A stretch of DNA of 64,000 bases from Trichoplax sp. H2 (lineage: Eukaryota), in NCBI GenBank assembly GCA_003344405.1, contig NOWV01000010.1, forward strand, positions 186,001-250,000. Direction: 5' to 3'. Each line of letters opens with the position of its first letter. Position 1 is the first letter of the stretch. Below the pieces are notes generated by a model. That model was not told the DNA's origin. It made no database searches and saw only the letters and a list, made by a program, of their open reading frames with translations. A program made the position numbers and the translations under genes. Shown here in pieces: positions 55,197-64,000 of the stretch.

Positions 55197-58100
55197 TTAT
55201 CGTACTACTTTAGATTGAACGTCCTTTGCATAATTCGTTCCATGCAATCCACGGCATTTCAGTGCAAATTCCTCTGCCTGCTCTTGTAGCCATCTTTTAC
55301 GAGCTCTAGATCTAGATTAATTGTAAAAACCATGTTATCTACACTCACAGGCTTGATACTTAATCTGTATATGTGTTATAAAATAGCGTACAAATAACCT
55401 CAGAACAGCGTTTTGAAAAGCTTGTTTGTCAACATGACTTAGACCCGCACATGGAAATATGTCTTCCATAAACAACTCCTAATTTTCATTGGTGTTACAG
55501 GGTTGGCATCAAAAAATTAATGCTAGAATAGTTATTATTTATTTACTAAAGATCTTTTATACTTAACCTTAATCCATCTTGCAAGACATGTAATACAATT
55601 CTTATTTAATTCTATCAACACGTCGATTAGGGGTCTTAAAGAGACACGAGGTAACTCACCAGCAATACCCTAACAAGATACAATATATTGTCAAATTACA
55701 ATTAATTTTCAAACCTTAGAAATAACATGTAAAAGAGATAAAAATTCTTTATACCAAAATTATCTTTGAAACTATCAATTTCCCATACAATTCTACTGAT
55801 CTCCTAGCCTCCTCACTACTTGTAACTTTAGCAACAAATTCAACCTATTCATTAATAAAAATCAATCACAAGTCAAAATTATCAACTAATATTCATTAAA
55901 AGCAATCGACAAATTTACTCAGATTACCAAAAAACGTGAGTTACTCTTGATTACATAGCTTTCCTTAAATACCATCGATGCTAAACCTAAAGTTTGAAGA
56001 TTGAGTTTAGATAAGTACCACAAAGATAATAGATCTAGCAGGAAATTCGCAAATATGCTACCGCTGACGGTGGAATTGTAAATTGAGCATAAATAATATA
56101 ATCTGACAGCTTACCGAAAGGGAGTAACTTGTCGTATACACTAGCATTAGAAAAAACTATTCTGCTACTAGACTTGACGGCCTTCAAGCCATGGACAAGC
56201 AACATATTAAAAATTTTAATTAAAAAGTTTTTGTCAATGATAACAATGGAGTATAATTTACAGACACTGTCGCGCTCAACAAAAGTAAAAACCCTTAATT
56301 TACTGCATTCATGTTACTTCACATACAAATACCTTTTCATTGAATATGAGAAAAGCATTTACAAGATCAGGGGCACTATTCGATCCTAATAAAATTTCAA
56401 AAAAATACCAACAACGTCAAATACAATTCATAAATTCTGCAAACTCTTTCATGAAGTGATATTGAGACCTGTTTCTAGCAGTTGTAGCGTCCCCAAAGTT
56501 AATGTATAATATAAATGAGCTACGGTCTGTAGGGTACTCTCGTCGTCACCAAATAGCATCATTATCTAGACGAAGAAATATACAGTATCAGTAATTGCGA
56601 CTTATACATAACTTTTATTGATAACTGATGATTTTCATAATTAAATTTATATTTAGTAAAGATATTACACAAACAGCAAAGGTGCAATAAGAAGAATTAA
56701 TTATTTCAATTTTAAGAGCTAAGTTCATCACCTGCTTCGCGCAATTTAAAAAGCATGGACGAGGACCAGTCTTGTACCACTGGAGTAAAAAATCAACTAA
56801 CGCTGGTAGTAAGTTTGCTGCTGCCGTGTGGAGATTGCCGATCATTCTAATCATACATTCCATCACCGCCTATTGTTTAGGATACTGTAGAAGTTAGTTT
56901 GAAGCTAGGACAGAGTAATTAATACAAAGCAACTTGTACGATGTAACATATGCTTACTTCAGTAACTTGTTCGTCATGAATCCATTTCAATAAAATTTCG
57001 TTAAATGTTCTTAATGCTATTTCACTCGATGAGAGGAGCTAAATCATAAGTGATGAAATCGTTAGCAAAGTTGCAGCATAAGCAGTAAGACATATTGCTT
57101 CTATCTACTGGCTTACAGGGCTAGGCTGAATTTCGCTAGGGAGGTTAGCAGTCAAAAAAAACGCTTTCAAACACTTCAATTGTAATATAATTTCATATCT
57201 TGACGATGGAGTTTCCTTTAGAATAAAATACAGTTTAACTTGCATGACAACTATCAAACTAATAATTAGAATAATAGCTAAATTAAACACCCAACTTACT
57301 GGCTTTTGTATGATATTAATAACTCCTTCAATTAATTGTCGGGATAAATGACTACTTGCATTTTCCATACTATTTTTATCCATAACAGGAATTATGGAAC
57401 CCATGCTTTCTACTAATGGAATGCGTTGATTTGGCTATCGATATTTAAGATTAACGGAATTGAAAAGAGTCCCATTTAATATAAAATTTACTAGTAAATA
57501 GTGGGTTCAGAGTAATTACCATCAGGTATGATCCGGAAAGAACTTCCTGACAGGCATTAAAAATTTCTGTAGCTGACGTTTTTAATTCTTCTCCGCAATC
57601 TACACAAATATCTCTCAACGCAATGGCAGCAGCATAAACTAACTTAGGCTCTTTGAGGCTCCATAATATGCGTGGCATGATTGCCATGAGGATCTCATGA
57701 TCGTACTTTAAGTAATCACAATAAGAACCTACAATGGGCAAGATAGTAGTATATATCTGCATAAAAGGCACTACAAAAGCGGAATTATAGCCAAGGTTTT
57801 GGAATTATTAGCACTATTTACCAATTACTTTCAGCGCCATTACACCAACTTTCTCATGAGAAGGCAATTGTGGAAGTATTCGAAAGAAGTTACGAATGTA
57901 CTTGGAATCGCTCGAGCTAACAGAATCGGAGATTGCTCGTACAAGATATAAATAAACCTCAAAAGTCTATCAAAAAAGGATAACATTAACAATGAATTAT
58001 TTACGTCGTATCATTACTATAGATTTTCATCATTAATAGTAACGCACAATACCTGCCAATCAGACGATTGGATATTTGAGGTCAAATTTGAGAGATCTTC

Positions 58101-61100
58101 GCAATAGTATTTTAAACATTCCGATTGCAAAAATCGATTTGTAAGCATCTAATATTGCAAGTAAAAAACCATGCATAAGTTATGATGATATTTGCGTAAT
58201 CCTCGATATGGTATAGTAAGAGAAAACGTACAATTGTTTCACCGACATCATGACGATAAATTTCAAATTGTTCTCTATCATCTATAGTTAAGAAATATTT
58301 TGATTGCAAAAGGATCAGTTATCAAATTTTTTATGATTTCTACTTTACGAATAAAAACATAGCAATTCTGATCACCTGCACTCCACGTTTGTAGTATCTC
58401 ATTTGATGGATATTTAATTTTTAAAGTAAGAGCCTATCAATACTGCTATATTAGTAAAAATTATTGGAATAGCAGATATTAAAATAAAGTCATACCTTCA
58501 TTAAAGAAATATACATCGGCTTATAATCTTCGTAGCATGCAGCTAATTGCTTACGAGATAATTCGGTATTAGCAGTTTCTAGGCATTCTATCTCAGTCTG
58601 CAACAGTGATAAATAATAAATAAGAAAAAATAGCCAGAATTATATTTCCTATGCAAAATGCTTACCTGCAATGAGTACCAAAATTCAAAAGTCAATCTGC
58701 TACAAGTTTCATCCATAGGATAGTAGCCATTTGTAGAGGCGAAATTCTAATTAAATGCAAGTATAACATTATCGGGTAATACTATACATATAAAACAGTT
58801 GTGTAAAATACTTAGATATACATCTAATTTGCTACAAATTGCCCATCAGGGCATATTTAGTACCAGTATCATTGAAGCCAACTCATTAGCTAGTTTCCTA
58901 TGATCATGATTTTCAAATTTGACGAAATATTTGCTATGGCATTCAGATGATGATACTACTAAATTGCAGATATCACCGCATTCATCCTGAAACAAAAAAT
59001 CATAAACAATTAACCTATTACCCTATAGCTATTTTATGACAAGTTTATACATAATTGAAAGGTAGTAGCATACAATAGATTCGTTACATATCGTTTCTTC
59101 TATCAATGGTGTTAATTTCGTCAATAGCTTCAAAAATCGATAAAGAGACGAAGGATATCTAATATGATACACAGTATAAAGGCATCAAAACAGCTTCAAG
59201 GAATCATCATTTATACGCTTATATCTTACCGCGTTGATTCTCCGGAAGTTCCAATTTCCATTAAAGCACTAATAGCTGATTCAAACAGTTCCTCATCACG
59301 TAATAGATCAAATAAAGTAGGTATAAGACCGTCTAATAAATTAATGGTAAGGCCAAAAGAGGTCCAACTAGCCAGACATTTTAATGCCTATCGAATTCGA
59401 ATAAATGATATCCAAGGAATAACGAATTAAGGTAATTGCCATCGAAGTGTAATAATTAACTATTTATCAATGAATCGCCATTAATTTACTTGTATTTTCA
59501 GTTGATTAGGCTTATTAGTTTCAAGCGAAGATTGAATTATTGATACGACTATAAACCCAAAATAATTTTATCAAATCTATATTAAGATACATGTAAAATG
59601 TATGATAGTGTGAAAGTTTTTTTAAATTTTTGACTCACCATCAGCATAATTTGATTCTAATACGTGCCGGACACTCGCTCGATCAATATTGACTAATCCA
59701 GATTTATCGAACTACAGTCGGTTGTGAAAGGTATCAAACTTAAATAATTTACATTTTCAATTCCTTACTTCATCACTTCCAAGCGTATCAAAAAGACTGA
59801 ATAGACGTTATACAGCATCTACAGTATATACTCAGTATATTACATCCATACATAAATCAGTGTAAGTATTAAATAATTGTGAATATTATCTAATAGATTA
59901 TGCTGTCCATCGTACCATACTAGTAATTTCGGAAATAATCTCGATGAATACCGCTTGAAAGTTGATTTGCTAAAAAATGAATCATTAGCAGAATTCCTTA
60001 TGTTATCTGCTTAATAGTAGCGATTACAGCATAAATAAATGCATCATAATAATACTGGTAGCTAATCCAATTACGCTCTAATACCCTATTAGAGTCAGTT
60101 AGTGCAGTACCTGAGACGAAAATAGAATTAGATCATTAATAGGCTGTGCCCAGTGATTCGGTGTAATTCTTAGAGTGAGAATTGCTAACTATAATTATAT
60201 TAATTTGTTCGTATATCAGCAGCGATCACATAAGTTAATTAGTAACATTCATAAATAACATAGCAGCTAAAAAATGCAAAGATTTATAACTACTATAGCG
60301 AACCGCGCTACATAATTGACACCGGACAAACGGAGGACCAATTGCAAAACGAATTATAAATTGAATAATTTGATCACGTAGTGGTATGTATTGATCAGCA
60401 GGTAGTTCAGACCTATACCAAGTAACAGCCATCATACGTTGAGAAAATTGAACGTTATAGCTAGATTAAGTTATATACGGTATTTGCATCAGCTACTGCA
60501 TCACTTTTGAATGGAAACTGTATGTCAGTTTACAAGCTGCTGGATTGCAGCTAATTAATCGATATTAAACTATAAACTATACGTCGTATAGCAACCAGCT
60601 TGTACAGCAAATAGATTTGGTACATGTATTGCAATAAGCAGAATGTATTTGCGATGGATTTGTAAAAATTGGCAGCTTTACAAAAACTATCAACTAGTTC
60701 TCCTAAGACGAATAATTTATTTCTGATTAAAGTGATCTCAACATGGTGCAATAGCATATTATAAACCATGCAATGAACTCTTTCTTACCAACATGTGGAA
60801 ATTTTAGTTTTGATCGTACACGCTCCGAAAAATTGGATTGGTGGAGCCTATGAACGAGTGAGAATGATAGAAAATGATAGCATACTGTAAGATCGATGAG
60901 TATACATATATCCACTCACATCTGTGTACTTGAGGGAGAATAAGATTACCAGTTAGAAAGATACGCGTAATCAAATAGGATACAGAAATACAGTAAACGT
61001 ATTCAATTAGTGTAATTATCTCTGAGCAGTGATTGACCTCAGCTCCATTCTAAGATCGCTTTGTGAGCCTAATATTAACTCAAGTGCTAACCGAAATTAC

Positions 61101-61846
61101 ATCCTCAGCAACGGTATTTACCAATGTATCATTAGACTCATTAGCACAAATACTGTGCACATATATTAGTGAAAATGATGTAGGCTCGTAGATTACAGCA
61201 ATAATAACCGAAAATAACTACAATTAGTCAATTTTAATTATGGCAGATTATCAATCTATAATATGGCCGACCATCTTTTTCTCAGAGGCAAATGTTTTGC
61301 AAAAATTTAGCTATCTCAATAATTATTGTATGCATTACTGCATAACATGATACTCTGTATAAATTGCTATCATCACTACTTCATGTTTACAGTACAGGAT
61401 CTGCAATGCAGTAGTCTACATATCGTAGAATTAGTAGACTGAGCAATTGCACAGTCACAGTGTGCTTCTTGTACTGTTTGAAGAATATAGAAAGCGTCTA
61501 ATTAATACTATTGCAACAGTGATCCAATAATTAAAACATAATTATTCCAATGTCCACCTTATCTTCTGCCATCAGAGGCCAACAAAATTGCCATGCATCA
61601 AGAGAAGTTTGCATGCCAGTTAGCCACTCTTGGAGTTGGTGGATCGTTTGCGGGTCATTGACGCTATATAGTTGTTGTAGTGCCTAAATGTAGTAGAGAA
61701 AAAGCAAATTGAACTCTCTGTCTGTCTCTCTCTCTACTCCTATCTACAGTTTGAGCTATAATCAATCTATACTTTTCACTATCTACTGTATACGTTTATT
61801 AAACGTAAAGTACCTCCTCAATTTTGCTTGTGTTTGCCATTTCCAT
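55197..61846 (-). CDS. IPO13: Importin-13 (importin-beta family)
   Basis: MEMANTSKIEE|ALQQLYSVNDP..QEWL..AWQFCWPL; IQFFGA..KIS.W|SELPADQY; GYYPMDETCSRLTFEFWYSLQ; C-terminus EFALKCRGLHGTNYA, matching the remembered IPO13 tail rather than TNPO3. Confidence 0.88.
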
Positions 61847-62029
61847 TCAATTTCTTAGCAGAATGCCTGGATAACACCAGTAGAGTTAAGCTCTAATCGA
61901 GCTAGTATAAACAGTTGACGATGTACCTACAGTACACAAGGTCTGCAAAACACAGTAGAATGTTTTTACTATAAAAAGACTGGAACTAAAGTAGTGCCTA
62001 AGATACTTGAGTGTAATACTAACAAAGCT

Positions 62030-62240
62030 CTACAGTACAGTAACTATTCTCTACTGAACAGTGTCCGGCGCAAAAATTGCACATACGGATTTTGAATTTG
62101 ATGACGTAACGGCGGCCTTCAGCCATAAACCTTGGACAGGGAGGATGGACGACTGTACTATACTGTACTCATGGTTTACAGTACTGTACTGTACAGTACG
62201 TATCGTGGACTGTGAGTACTGTACACTGTACAGTTTCAAG
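62030..62240. repeat. Short TACAG/CTGTA island between divergent IPO13 and ARMH1
   Basis: For example tttacagtactgtactgtacagtacg and gagtactgtacactgtacag. Confidence 0.75.
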
Positions 62241-62698
62241 ATATTAATAAGAGCACTTCGTTACTATGGCAATATGCCATGATCAATGTTTTTAACTGTA
62301 ACTTCAACTCAAAATATTCCATCAATCTTGGAATAAATCTATCCATCATCTGGCCTATCAGACGGTGCTTATATCAGTAAATTAGTAAATTTATAAACCA
62401 CAATAGTAGCCTACGATCTTGCACTTTCAACAAACAAATCTCTTCTATCGTTATATTGGACTAGAACTACTGTCATTGGCAATATTATTCAACTTAGACA
62501 GGTATTTCGCTGTAGAGCTCGCACTAGATTAAATGCGGTAGTAATATCCTACTTACTACTAATCAAACGTACACGAATTACTATATTAGAGATAATAACT
62601 TTTATGCTACAGTTTAACGTTCATTAAAATAAAATTAATTATTATACAAATATTTATAAATGCGTAATATCCATACTGTAGTATTACACCAGAGAAAC

Positions 62699-64000
<1,302 letters not shown>

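Overview
AT-rich, intron-dense eukaryotic (animal) genomic DNA with short introns and compact gene spacing. A basal metazoan, probably a placozoan such as Trichoplax, is inferred from style and gene content; this is not proven. Genes in order: GAK/auxilin (-, 3' end runs off the window), an intronless typical 2-Cys peroxiredoxin (+), a ~4 kb unexplained stretch carrying exon-like fragments of a possibly decayed minus-strand gene, AP-1 mu subunit (+), a Deg/ENaC channel (-), NIPBL/Scc2 (-), HMG-CoA synthase (+), MYSM1 (-), importin-13 (-) and ARMH1 (+, truncated). Main observations: (i) self-complementary TACAG/CTGTA pentamer islands sit at the 5' ends of the housekeeping genes and not at 3'-3' junctions or upstream of the channel gene; (ii) two good and one possible U12-type minor introns; (iii) a shared 13-bp motif upstream of two genes; (iv) the human orthologues cluster on the 1p/5p/19p paralogon. 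No prokaryotic systems, CRISPR arrays, tRNA/rRNA or clear transposons were seen. Gene structures were read by eye and family calls rest on remembered motifs, not database searches.
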